Positions 51,231-64,000 of a stretch of 64,000 nt of DNA are shown here, in pieces (position 1 is the first letter of the stretch; every line of letters starts with the position of its first letter). The stretch is from assembly GCA_030704615.1 (NCBI GenBank), contig CM060732.1:186001-250000 (forward strand), written 5' to 3'. Under the pieces are notes generated by a model. That model saw only the letters and a program-made list of their open reading frames with translations, ran no database searches and was not told the DNA's origin. A program made the translations under genes and the position numbers. Origin of the DNA: Takakia lepidozioides (lineage: Eukaryota; Plantae; Bryophyta).

Positions 51231-54200
51231 CAAACCTGCAGGTACCACTGCCAAGTTTGGGTCAACTCTGCCATCGACATTGGGAAGGTGACATGGCGCA
51301 CAATTACGCACATGGTCTTTCCAAGTCATGCCATCCCGACCCTCTAAGATCAGGACCCCTGAGGGCAACACCTCTCGAACCCTCAGAATAACACGCCCTG
51401 CAGTAACATCCAGAGTCGTAGGAGCAGTCTGCTGCAAATAAACATAGTCACCAGGGCTAAACCTCCGAACCCCAGGACGATATCCTCCACCACGTATAGT
51501 GGCATACCTCAACGTATCACGGTGCTGTGCAATGGCAAGGTTCTCAAAAGCCATGGGCATGACTTTCTTGAACAACTCTGCACGCTGATCACATGCACGT
51601 ACCCACACGTCCGGATCGTCAAGGTTAAGGACTTGAGCAGTGTCCCTACGAATGGCTGCAGGCAAATCCGGCTCCCGGCCAAAGAGAAGGAAATATGGTG
51701 AGAAGGAGGCAAGTGATGCTTGTTTGCTGAACCTGTAGCCCATGGCTAACCAAGGAACCTGAAGATCCAATCTCCTAGGTGTCCCTTCTGCAAGCCATAC
51801 TTGCGCAAACCCCTCTTCACCGTCTGAACAACTCTCTCTGCTAAGCCATCGGCCTCAGGATGATCCCGAGAAGTGGTGCGGTGGTCTATCAAGGCTTTAT
51901 CACACAAAGCCTGAAACTCCCCAAGAACTCTCTCCCTTGGTCCGTGAGTACCTCAGCTGGAGCACCAAATCGGCTAAGCACACGATCCAAGAATGCATAC
52001 GCAGCCCCCTCACTAGCCTTGTCAGGCAATGGAACCAACTCAATCCACTTGGAGAAGTGCTCCACCATCACCAACACATATCTGTGGTGGCGCATAGTCA
52101 GTGGCAACGGTCCTGCGAAGTCAAGACTCCACTTGTAGCCCAATCCCATGATAGGTAAAGGATGCAACTGTGGTGTAGGGGCGTTGAATGAAGCACGCAC
52201 CCTGTCACACACCATGCACCTAGCCACAAACTGTTGCACCTCTGTATGCATACCACGCCACCAATACTGCCCCTGCAGTAAACTGTGAGTGCGTCGCACT
52301 CCAAAATGCCCCAACTCCTCATGGGCATGCCGCACTAACCGTGCACGCTGTGTGGGGTGAGGCACAATCCTCACCCGACCATCCTCACACTCGAAGTAGG
52401 TGTATCCCCTCCCACTTGAACCTCTTGGCTCGTTGCAGGATCCGATCCCTCTCCCTGGCAGTCACAATGGCTGCCGTGTCTCCCGTGCGGAGGTAGTCCA
52501 ACACAGCCGAATCCTCATGTATATCTCTGGCACCACCTAGCTCATCACTAGCCTCAGGGTCCTCAGACACTCCGTCTACAGTCATCCCTGTTGTAGGTCC
52601 AATCTGACCTCCCGATGCCAAGATACACAAAAATGCAGATGCGTGCCATCCCGGCACCATCTCCTCGTCCGTCTCACCATGCCACCGAGCTCTAGTGTCA
52701 TCCTGCTGGCTCATGCATGGATTGCGACTAATCCATCCGCATCCCGATTGACCAAACCCGGTCGATGCACAACCTGAAAGTCATACTCCTGGAGTATAAG
52801 TGCCCACCGTGCAAGCTTCCCCGTAAGCTTGTCTGACTCCATCAACCACTTGAGTGGCTGGTGATCCGTGACAAGGGTGAAAAGATTGCCGTATAGATAG
52901 CACCTGAAGTGTGCCACGGCCCACACTGCAGCTAAGCACTCTCCCTCATATGAGCTGTACTTAGCCTCTGCAGCGTTGTTCGAGCGCTAACGTAAAACTC
53001 TCTCTTCCCTCATCATCCACCTGTGTGAGCACCGCTCCAAGCCCCAGCATGCTCCAATCCGTATGCAGCTGAAAGGGACGCCCCTGATAGGTCGTCTCAA
53101 GATAGGCGCCGAGGTCAACCTCGCTTGAGCTCTTGAAAAGCTCGTTCCTGCTCATCTTCCCACTGCCACTCCTGGTCCACCTTGGTCAGCTTGGTTAGAG
53201 CCTTTGCAATGGTACTAAATCCCTTGACAAACCGTCTATAATAGTTTGCCAACCCCATGAAAGCTCGAACTCGGCTCACATCCGTGGGGCGTGGAATTTG
53301 TGCAATGGCCTCTACCTTAGTCTGCTGTACCCCCAATCCTCCAGGATATATCATGTGACCCAGATACTCAATCTGGTTGTGGAAAAACTTGCACTTCCCC
53401 GGATGCAACTTCAATCCGTGCGCTCTCAAGCGCTCCAATACCACCTGAAGGTGTCTCTCATGCTCCTCCATCGTAACACTAAAGATGATGATGTCATCTA
53501 TGTAGCACCGAGCAAAGTCCACCCCTGCTAGAATCCTATCCATGACTCTCTGAAACTCTGCAGGAGCATTCTTAAGCCCAAATGGTAAGAACCGCCACTG
53601 ATATAGGCAATCCTTGCCGTGCTCATTGATCCCCAGAATGCCGTCTTCTGCTTGTCCGCCTCCTTTATTGGCAACTGGTGATATCCGGATCGTAAATCCA
53701 AAGTGCTAAAGGCCTTAGCATGCCCGATGGCATCAAAGATCTCCTCTGGTGTTGGCATGGCATACTTATCGGACTTGGTCTGACGATTTACAGGCCGGTA
53801 ATCACCGCACATACGTCTCTCCGTCCAATTGCCATAGACATCCTTCTTGGCTGGCATCACTGTGGCTGAAGCATACTCTCCACCAGAGAGCTCCACCAAA
53901 CCTGCCTCCCAGAGATCTTGAGTCCTCATCTGAATCAAAGACCTCTCCATGTCACTGTATCTATAGGGTCTCCGAAAGATTGGCGTGTCAGTGGCCAACT
54001 CAATACGGATCTCTTGACCCTTCAGTGCTCCCAAGTCCTTCAAACTGAAGGCAAAGCATTCATGTAAGCCCTCAGGAACCGCGTATACGCGTCTCGTCCT
54101 CCGGTTGACAATGGTCCAATGTCAGGCTCCCAATTGTCCTCCGTAACTACAACCTTAAGTCCAGTGGGCTTAGAGGTAGAGGACGCGTCCCGTGGTTGCT

Positions 54201-54479
54201 ATGCCCTGAAACTCTTGAGCAGTACTCCATGCCTGCTCATCATGAAAAGACCTCATCCTGACCCCATCATCTCATCATTGAGACCCTCCTCAACCGAAGA
54301 AGAATCCCCAACCTCATCTATCACAGCCGCCTTGGCTGCCAACCCCTCTGAACCTCGAGCACCTCCACGTGTGCCATGGATGCATGCACCCCGTGGTCCT
54401 CACATGCTCGCCCCCCACTCACTGCTGAACCGTCTCGGTAGGAGAGAGACCATTGAGGGAAGTGTACTCCGCACTCTGC

Positions 54480-55450
54480 GTTGCTCAGCCAGAGCCAAGC
54501 TGATAATCCAGGTCAAGCAATTGAGATCCATTGCTTGCCCCAAAACTTGACGACGTGATGCCTCAGAAAGAGACGACACCGCCGTGGTACCAGTGGTTTA
54601 AACCCATTGCCGCTCACGCTCGTCAGCATTAGGCTCCACTAACTGCTGCAACTGCGATCCCACAGGAGGGCCAGGTCCACTATCCCGAAAAGCATGCGAT
54701 CCTGGGAAGCTGAGCAGTGTAGGTAATGCTGCCCGTGGTTGACCCCACCTTTTTGACCACTGCCAAAGGCGAACGGCATCGTGTCTCACACGCTGAGACT
54801 GCCTCCTGCTGTGTCCAGATGTTATCCACTGTGAGATGTGCTGGCCGCTGCGCCCCATCAAATGCACTCTTGAGCAGTGCGGGTGGCATCAAGTTAGTCC
54901 ACCATAGGTGGACGATGAGCTCGTGACCCCACTGTAGTTGCATCTAGCAACACTGCTGACCCAAGCCACGACCGAATTGATGCACACTGGCCATCACCCT
55001 GGCCCGAGAATCGCCATCAGAGCACCTTCTCCAAGATGTATGCTGGAGATACAGCTTGATGAAGCTGCAAGTGGCGCAAAACCCGCACCATCTCCCAAAA
55101 CAGACCCGACCTCCTCGAGTCTCGCAATCCATTGCCATGCCGGCTGATGAATGCCCTTGCAGGCCAACCTGCCACTACCAGATCAATGGAGCCAACCCGC
55201 TCAAAATCCTGCCCCCCAGCAACGAAATGTCTGCTGGCAAGGCCTGCTGATATCCACGAATTGCAGACACCGACAACAACTCCGGGTACCGCTGCCACCA
55301 ACTGAGCAAATGGCAAAGTGAAACGCGTCGTGCAGTTCTCATCCCTCTCCACATACAGGTAACGCCGAACTCGTACACCTGCTTGTAACACAGCAGCCAT
55401 CCGGTGCCGATCCCGCCAAACAAGTCCAGAAGACAAATGCCTTCATCCGG
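54480..55450 (-). CDS. DNMT3/DRM-like C5 cytosine methyltransferase domain within Gypsy Pol (frameshifted)
   Basis: Motif I LLDLFGGIGTG; II YLYVE; IV DLVVAGWP(CQ)GHS..GLRD.RSGLFWE; VI YILE.V; VIII SRAHRP..WTNL; IX/X ERER..GF..TT..LSEASRRQVLGQAM. Confidence 0.88.
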
Positions 55451-58400
55451 ATACTGCCCACACAATAGGTGTGGTGTCCAATGGAGACAATTGGGTGGTC
55501 CTGGTGCAATCCCACCACTCTCCTCCTCTCCTGACGGTACAAAAGCCTCCACCCAGGCTTGTTGCACCCGTCGATCAGCATCCCGCTGCAAATCCTTGCT
55601 CGTGCCCCACAATGGAGTCTGAGCAGCCATGGTAGGCAACTCCGCCATACCATACATGTCATCCTGCTCTCCCGGAGGTGCGACCATCCTCTGAATGAGC
55701 ATTGCCCTCAAGCAACTCTCTAGGCAACTCACTGCCGTTGTGAATGCTGCTAGTGTCGGCATCTTGCCTCGCTGGGCAACCGCAACTCCTCCTATGAACG
55801 TCACAGGGAGCTGCACACGCCGGCCCTCCCCTGACTGCCATGCAGGCCTATAGGAAGCTGATTCCTCCCAAAAATCCAGGGGTGAAGCCCATGGGGTAAC
55901 ACTGCCCACCAACCAGGACATCGTATGAGACTGCGTCTGTCACAATGGCCTGGTGGCTCGCATACTGAGCCATCTGTAGGTGTTGATCCGGCCGTAGTCT
56001 GATAGCCAACTCACGCCGTGTCATGCCCCGAGCCTGCTCCGATCCTCCAAAGACGTCTGGATCTGGAAAGGACAAGCTCCATATCCGCCTCCGTGAGCCC
56101 CAAGCCTGCAATAGCAGCTCTGCCCAACATCAATGGCTGAGCTCCCGAGTCCAACAAGACCCGCCACAGTGGCCGGTACCTCTTGCCTGAGTCCACTCAA
56201 ACAGAAAATGCCATCTGGTGTTGTCTAACATGACAACTCCAGGTGTCACCATGGCGCGCTCAATGGCTGGCCTAAGCTTGGCAGCTCCATCAACCTGGCA
56301 GCTGCAGCTTGCCATGGCGCCGCCGTGGCAGTTTAACCCTCAAATCCGAGGATCCCTCCGGCACTATACCTCCTACTACTCCGCAGAAGATGAAGTAACC
56401 TCCCCACTCTTCACAGAGTTAGCTGCCAGCCTGAACACTCAGCTGGTCTTACCCCGGCGTCGCAATCATGGTAGCCGAGAACAATGAGCCTGGCACACAG
56501 ATGTGGCCGCTCCTAGCAGCACACTAGCTGCCGTAGCCTTGGCAACACTAGGTAGTGGTGCTACCCGTGTAGCTCTCCCCAATGGCATAGTAACCTCAGC
56601 CCTCCCCTCGGTAACAGTCGGGCGAGAACTAGGTGCCATGGATGGCGTCGACACTGTCTCCGCCAATGTGAATGACTGAGGAAGCCTAGCCTGACGGCTT
56701 GCCTCCCCACGCTGTGGATCCAACTCCACCTCTGCACCTCGTGGCTCAGGAACTCGTGCTGCTCCTCGAGTCACGGCTGCAGCAGACTCCACCTGCACTA
56801 GTGGTAGTGCTGCTCACACATGAATCCCATGCCTCCCATATCTCCTCCCTCAGGAGCAGGAGGTGGACCATCCGGCCTTAGAGCCGGTACCACCTGAGCT
56901 GTAGCCATGGCAGCGAGCCTCTGCTCTAGCTGCTGAAGCCGGGTGGCCATGCCTTGGTCAACACCCTGACCTCCGCGTCCTTGGCCACGTTGAGCTTGCC
57001 CTTGGCCTGCACCTCGTGGCTGGCCACCTCGTCCTCTCTGGGCTGCTCCACCTCGCCCCCGGCCACCATTGTTCCCTTGGAACTGGCCTGGGCGCAACTC
57101 AGGATGCAAACCATAACACTGGGCCTCTCCATGCCCGTGCTTGCCACAATGCCACACTGCAATTGTGCAGGCTGTGCATGTGCCGGCCCTTGCCTCCCTC
57201 TGGGCAATCCTTCTTGCATGGGTCCTCCACATGTCCAGCACACCACATCCGCCCGTTGTTGGCCAGCAAATGAAGGGAGAGACCCCTGCATCTGAGGTCC
57301 TCTCTGCCCTTCCCTGAGCTTCACCTGAGCCCCTTGTTGCCTTGAGCACGTTGAGGTAGTGGTGGCTAGGAGCACCACTACCCCGTGGGGTCTCCTTAGC
57401 AAATCCCACCTGACCACTCGTTCCTCCACCATGTGAGCTCTATCCGCTCTGCAGCAAAAACACATTTGCTAAGGTGGGTTGGGCGCTTGTAGGAGAGTTG
57501 CATCCCGCACCCTTCTCCTCAGCTCCTTGTCCAATATCCCATACCAGAATTGGACTGCCTGAGCTTCCGTAACCCCTTGGGTTACATTTATCAAGCGCCT
57601 CATGCGAGTGAAAGCCTCCCTCAAGCTCTCGGTCGGCTTCCGTTGGAACTCTTGCAAGCTCCGCAACTTCTCTGTCCTCACCCCTTGGTAGTTCCCTCTC
57701 AACTCTTCGAAGAACTCCACAACAGGGTTGAAGGCAGGCACGGGTGCTAGTGCTGGTGCGGTGGTAGTGGCTTGGGTGGACGTCGTAGCTACTGTACCAC
57801 CAGTCCCACTGCTGCTTGCTGAAGCTGCCGGTGCAGCGGCAGGTGTAGCCACTGCCTCGTGGCTCTAGTGCCCCTAGTGATGGAGACATAGTCGGGTGAC
57901 CAGTACATCCTCCACTCCTCGATCTCAACCTCATGCCCCGCCTGAACTCATGGTAATCATCCATAGGCGGCCCCTCAAGGTGCTGAAACAGCCCTTCCAT
58001 GCCATGAACGGCGTAAATAGTTGTGGATTGCGCATTTGCTGCAAATCACACCAACTATCAAACTCTTGGATAAAATCATCCAACTCAATGGTGCCCACCG
58101 CCCCAGAGTACCTTCGTGGCCCTTGGTAGCTCCATACATCTCCTCCATTGTGTCCCACAACAATGGCAAAAAAACAACTTGCACCGCCGGTATGAGTCCT
58201 CCCGATTCACAATCCGAATCAGAACCTTCCGTAGAAGACACAGGAGGTGAAGGTGGCCTAAACCGCACACCTCGTCTCGTGTACCCACTAGTATCGCTAG
58301 TGCTCGAACCGGCACTGTCCCCAGCAACTAGTGGCACCTCCGTGTTGACACTCAACCGGTCATGAACATGTCCCTAACCCCTCTTCACAAGGTAACCGGG

Positions 58401-59039
58401 TAGAGAACCTGTTGCGGCTTATGGTTTGGAATACTAAGTTCCTAACATAGCCTACACCTGTACCTGCATCCACCGCAAGCACTCCTATGGTTGGCTGGTC
58501 ATCACCTCCAACCTCACCACAGGAGAAACAATGATGGTCTGGCTGGTCATCACCCCAGCCTCACCATCGACAGCATGCTCTAGGACTGGCCGGTGATCAA
58601 ATCCGGACCAATCACCTATAAAAACAAGCGCCCACACAAAACTAGCATGGCGCACAGTCAAGCATGCAGGTATGGAGGGGATCCAAACACAAGAAATCAG
58701 ATCGACAACTCCCCCACACCAAAAAACAACTCCACGGTGTTGCTCCTGCAAGGACACCCCAGCCCAAACCCGGACTGACTCTTGCCTCCACCTACGGAAA
58801 GGTCTTGGCCTAATGAGAGGGTGGAAACTAGGAGGAAGAGAAGCTAAAGCAATGCCTAATCCCAGCATGCTCTCATCCCAACACTCTGCCTCTCCTCTCT
58901 ACCCTCACTTGCATGACCATGGGAATATCTTGAAGATACTCCTCAAACCGCCCTCCACGAGCTTCAAAATTCGGCCTTCCAGACCACATGCCAGTCCTTA
59001 GGCAGTCCACCAGTGCCTCCATGAGTCAGCACAGGCCGT

Positions 59040-60422
59040 CCACAGGTCAACACGGGCCACCACAGACCAGCACAGGCCCCACAGCTCACTGGTCACAGCC
59101 ATCACAGTCCCACAGGCCACTGGGCACAGCCTGTCGTAGGCCCTCACAGCCTGTCACAGCCTCAAAGGCCTCAGGCACGGCCTGTCACAGCCCCTCACAG
59201 CCCCTCACAGCCCAAAGGCCATGGGCACGGCCTGTCACAGCCCTCACAGCCCATCACAGCCTGTCACAGCTTGCCACAGCCTGTCACAGCCTCAAAGGCC
59301 TCAGGCACGGCCTGTCACAGCCCCTCACAGCCCCTCACAGCCCCTCACAGGCCCCACAGGCCTCAGGGCACAGCCTGTCACAGCCCCACACAGCCCGTCA
59401 CAGCCCCAAAGGCCACTGGGCACAGCCTGTCATAGCCTGACACAGCCCGTCACAGCCCCACAGGGCACAGGGCACAGCCTGTCACAGCCCATCACAGCCC
59501 ATCACAGCCTGTCACAGCTTGCCACAGCCTGTCACAGCCCGTCACAGCTCCACAGGGCACAGGGCACAGCCTGTCACAGCCCATCACAGCCCATCACTGT
59601 CTGTCACAGCTTGCCACAGCCCATCAAAGCCCGTCACAGCCCCACAGGCCACTGGGCACAGCCTGTCACAGCCCGTCACAGCTCGCCACAGCCTGACACA
59701 GCCCGTCACAGCCCCACAGGGCATAGGGCACAGCCTGTCACAGCCCCTCACAGCCCCAAAGGCCATGGGCACGGCCTGTCACAGCCCCTCACAGCCCGTC
59801 ACAGCCTCAAAGGCCTCAGGCACGGCCTGTCACAGCCCCTCACAGCCCGTCACAGCCCCAAAGGCCTCAGGCACGGCCTGTCACAGCCCCAAAGGCCATG
59901 GGCACGGCCTGTCACAGCCCCTCACAGCCCGTCACAGCCTCAAAGGCCTCAGGCACGGCCTGTCACAGCCCCTCACAGCCCGTCACAGCCTCAAAGGCCT
60001 CAGGCACGGCCTGTCACAGCCCCTCACAGCCCGTCACAGCCCCAAAGGCCATGGGCACAGCCTGTCACAGCTCGCCACAGCCTGTCACATCCCGTCACAG
60101 CCCCACAGGCCTCAGGGCACAGCCTGTCACAGCCCCACACAGCCCGTCACAGCCCCAAAGGCCACTGGGCACAGCCTGTCACAGCCCCACAGGGCACAGG
60201 GCACATCCTGTCACAGCCCATCACAGCCCATCACAGCCTGTCACAGCCCCACACAGCCCGTCACAGCCCCAAAGGCCACTGGGCACAGCCTGTCACAGCC
60301 TGACACAGCCCGTCACAGCCCCAAAGGCCACTGGGCACAGCCTGTCACAGCCTGACACAGCCCCTCACAGCCCCAAAGGCCACGGGCACAGCCTGTCACA
60401 ACCCATCACAGCCCCTCACAGC
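59040..60422 (+). repeat. About 1.4-kb CACAGCC-based minisatellite with higher-order units
   Basis: Tandem cacagcctgt/cacagcccgt/cacagcccct/aaaggcc units; related to 29860-30160. Confidence 0.97.
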
Positions 60423-61011
60423 TCTTTTCGGTCATTTGCATCAAGAACATATGTGTTTGACTTGACATTATACTTTAAACATGCTAACGCGATAATGGAA
60501 TCCAAATCAACCATCATGTTATCCGTCAAATCGTACGTATAGACCCCTCCTCGAATTTTTTGGTACCATGCTAACCCAATCTCCATATGAGAAGGACGCT
60601 CCAATAAATCAACAGAATCCCTACATTGAAATGTGTTGAAGAAGGTACCTTCATTAGCAGTCCCTTGTTCAATCTATTATCTTTTTTTAGGTACTGTCAT
60701 GCTACCACCTCGGCAGCAACTTGCAAAGTCACTCCAGAGCACCGCAGATCCACCCAACGAGCTAACTTACAGAATTCAATACATATGCTTCAGGGCTGAG
60801 TCTGATGAGAGGGAAAAACAAGCTGAAACAGGTCAAACCAGAAGGTGCCCTCAGGCTGAAATACGTTGAAGAAGGTACCTTTCATCTGCAGTGCCTTGCT
60901 TTATCAATTGCGTTGTTGCCGCTGCTGTTTCCAGTTGACCATCCACCCACATTGTCCCACCATTGACTGGGGTCAGAAAAGTGTCTCATTCCAGAGCTTC
61001 TCTTCATCTCT

Positions 61012-61630
61012 GTGGTGCTATTGTAGGGTGACTTCAATGCCCAAGTGGGCAAAGGGCTCCATCAGGACGATATCATTGGGTCTTCTGGTGAGGACGAGCT
61101 GAATTCTAATGGCAGACGGTTAATTAACTGTCTGGAAGAGCTTCAGCTTTTGACCTTGATTAACAAGACAAGAGGTGACCAAGTGCAGTGGACTCGTGAG
61201 AAATCCCAAACTGTGGAACGTTCCATTGTGGACTATATCATAATGGACAAAAATTTGTTCCCCCAGTGTGCCAATGTGTTGATCGACAGAACTGATATTG
61301 GTACCTCTGACCACTTTCTGGACTGAGATCAAAAGGTGTTTTCCCAAGGCCAGAGTAGAAGAGATTCTCAAGGACCTGGACCTGGATCCGCAAGTCTTGA
61401 CCCTGCTGGATAAATCAGACTTAGAGGCTGTAGTGTCCAAAGCCATGTCTATTGCCATGAGATTGTCTGATGAAAATGAAATTAGGCCTAAAACTTCCCT
61501 GAACTTGTTTCTAGTCAGTGACATGGGGGAGGACATCTTGGATGACCTCAAGGGTCCACCCACTCTCGGCACTAGACTGAAATTTAAACTCAGGGAAGGA
61601 AGCCTACCTTTGAACATGAAACATAAGTAG
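61012..61630 (+). mobile_element. RTE-like LINE fragment (APE endonuclease plus C-terminus), internally deleted
   Basis: GDFNAQVG, NSNGRRL, SIVDYI, TSDH; DLDLDPQVLTLLDKS. Confidence 0.85.
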
Positions 61631-62119
61631 AGAGGAAAGGGGAGTGCACTCTCCCAAGTGAACCTGCATCATTCAGTTGGCAAGACCGTGTCTGAAAAAT
61701 TGATGCATTTGAAGACACCACGGTGCAGCTGAGCACAGCCTGACACGACAACAATTAAACATCATACTGAGACAAGAGAAGCAGTCAAGGACACAGTCAT
61801 GCATATGGCAGCAAGTGATCACCCTTCAAACATGATTGAAAACATACATGAGGTCAAAGGCAATAAGAAATCAGCGAAGGGTACTGCAGCTAACAGTTGG
61901 AGTGTCTTTAAAGACAAAGGGAAGAGAAAGAAACACTTCACTGGCAATGAGGGGAGGCTGTGGAAACGCCAAGAGGATGGCACAAATGATAGAAATAACA
62001 GGGCTGGGCAAAGGATCATGCAGGAAGAAGAAAGGGTATGTCAGCATGGAAAGGACGTGCGGCTCATTCCAACAGAAAGGGGAACATTCGTGCAGTTAAG
62101 AACAACAACCAATTGCCCC

Positions 62120-63790
62120 TGCCTAACTTCATTTTCATCAGACAATCTCATGGCAACAGACATGGCCTCAGACACTACAGCCTCTAAGGCAGATTTATCC
62201 AGCAGGGTCAAGACTTGCGGATCCAGGTCCAGGTCCCTGAGAATCTTTTCTACTCTCTTCTGCCAGGACTTAGCCTGTTTGACAGGGCGGTCCTGTTTCC
62301 AAGATATAGAGTCAATCAACTTAGGATATCTGGTGTTGGGCATATGTTGCAGCTGACCCCACCATCTAACCTTGAATTCATCTCGTCGGGAGCTTAAGGA
62401 TGGAATGCCAAACTCACCCCGAACAGCCACATTGGCTGTTTTGGAGCATGCTGACATACACTCCTTAAGCACCCCCACTTGAATGGATTCTAGAGACTTA
62501 GCCTGGTTGGAGTTATCAACCCATATAGCAGATCCGTACTCCAAGGCAGGTCTAATAACGCGACAAAGCATGGTTTTCTTAACCTCAAAGATGACCCCTC
62601 TGCAGTGGAAAAATTTAGTGAGCCCCAGAGCTTTGCCCTTGCCAGTTCGAACAACTTTCCGGATATGTGCATCCCAATTACAATTGGAGGAAAACTCAAC
62701 GCCCAGGTAAGTGTAGGAAGGGAGGACCGGGATCTCTTGGCTACCCCACTGCCACTTAAGATCACTTCCTCCCTCTCCTCTGTCGTTGAATGCTACCACT
62801 GCACATTTGCTGACATTAGCCTCTAGCCCCCAAAGATCAAAGTATCTCTTCGCGCAATTAATCAACTCCTGAGTGTGATGCCACGGTAGTTCCCCGGTTC
62901 TTCTCTGTCACCCTTCTTGTATAGACTGACAATGACCCCCTGTCGCCAGCGAAAGGGGATCATTTCAGTCTTCCAGATAAGGTTAAAGAGGAGAACTAGG
63001 GCCTCTATCATGGGATCGCCACCATGCTTGATAAGCTCGTTGACAATACCATCAGGTCCACCAGCTTTATATCCATTTAAATGTTCAATTGCTTCCACAA
63101 TCTCAGAAGGACTAATGGGAGCGTTATAAGCCATTGAAATATACTCCAGTTCATCAGGGCTGTTTTGAATCATAGGAACAATTTTTCCAACTGTGTCCCT
63201 CCATTCAGTAGAAGACCCCTCACTGTTAGACCTAGAAGTTCTGCCAAGGATACTGTAGTGATTTTCAAAGGTTTTGACAATGTCAACCGATGAAGTCACC
63301 ACTGCACCTTTAGTAGTCTTCAGCGCTTGTACTTGCTGACCGTTTTTAGGCTTGTACAAACGTTGAAGGGCCAACCATAATTTCTTGTCATTACCACCAT
63401 GGTGGTTTGAGTTTATTTCACTGTATAACTTATCCCAGTATAATTTCTTCTGAGACCTAACAAGCTGATTGATATCTTTCCGGAGCTGATAGTACCTCGC
63501 CCACAATTCTCTGTTGGTTTTCAAATTGCAGCACTCTTTATAGAGGGCTCGTCCTCACCAAAAGGCCCAATGATATCGTCCTGATGGAGCCCTTTGCCCA
63601 CCCGGGCATTGAAGTCACCCAATAGCACTACCTGACCTTTGGCAAGGAACGAAGCACAGTCCAGCTTTACATCTTCGAAGGCTTTGTCTGCGTCAGCACT
63701 AAGGGTCCCCTCTGTGGGCATGTAAACACAACCCACAAAGAGGTCCTTCGTACTCATGCCGCCCTTCAGATTCAGTTTTAGCTAGATACT
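62120..63790 (-). mobile_element. RTE-like LINE (endonuclease and RT pieces; RT core deleted)
   Basis: LLGDFNARVG; KAGGPDGI.NELIK..LYKKGDR..PGNYRGITL; YTYLG; IRPALEYGS. Confidence 0.9.
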
Positions 63791-64000
63791 ATGTTCATAC
63801 CTCAAACCCTTGTTGATAATTTCACAATTATCAAACAAGAAATCACGGACAAAGAATCCCCCTTTTTGACCGCGTTTGGCAGAGGCTGCCTTGAGAGTAC
63901 ACATCCTACCTGCCCATTTATAACCATTGACATCTCCAACCAGTTTATCCGAAGTTTCCCATGTTTCTTGCCCGGCACAGATATGAATATCATTAGTCCG

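Larger units (their letters stand above)
50631..58400 (-). mobile_element. Ty3/Gypsy retrotransposon: Gag-ZnK-PR-C5 DNA methyltransferase-RT-RNase H-integrase-PHD; 5' LTR not seen
   Basis: Gag 57470-58160; CGKHGH..C knuckle; LLDSGA protease; CGDYRPVN, LDLRSGYHQ, YIDD RT; HTDWS RNase H; HEELGHFG, LDFAGPL integrase; PPT AGGGGGGCGAT then TG at 50820. Confidence 0.95.

Noticed and set aside
59221-60542. Long ORFs of 214-360 aa
   Set aside because: Artefacts of a stop-free minisatellite, open in several frames

Overview
Repeat-dense nuclear DNA from a land plant, most likely a non-seed plant (inferred from PLS/DYW PPR fragments, a chromovirus, a GPI-anchored nsLTP and spliceosomal introns). The only clearly intact host gene is a 3-exon LTPG. 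The rest is PPR-DYW and RibA pseudogene pieces, L1- and RTE-like LINE remnants, two Ty3/Gypsy elements, DNA-transposon debris and several inversions or duplications. Two methyltransferase-carrying mobile systems stand out. (1) Three diverged copies of an intron-containing gene fuse a ParB/Sulfiredoxin-like domain (WDGNHRL) to a beta-class N4C/N6A DNA-methyltransferase-like domain. Each copy carries an array of its own distinct palindrome, one is divergently paired with a SWIM-finger gene, and one sits inside a CACTA-type terminus. (2) A Gypsy element encodes a DNMT3/DRM-like C5 cytosine methyltransferase between protease and RT, plus a C-terminal PHD finger. Most boundaries are approximate, and domain calls are by eye without database searches.
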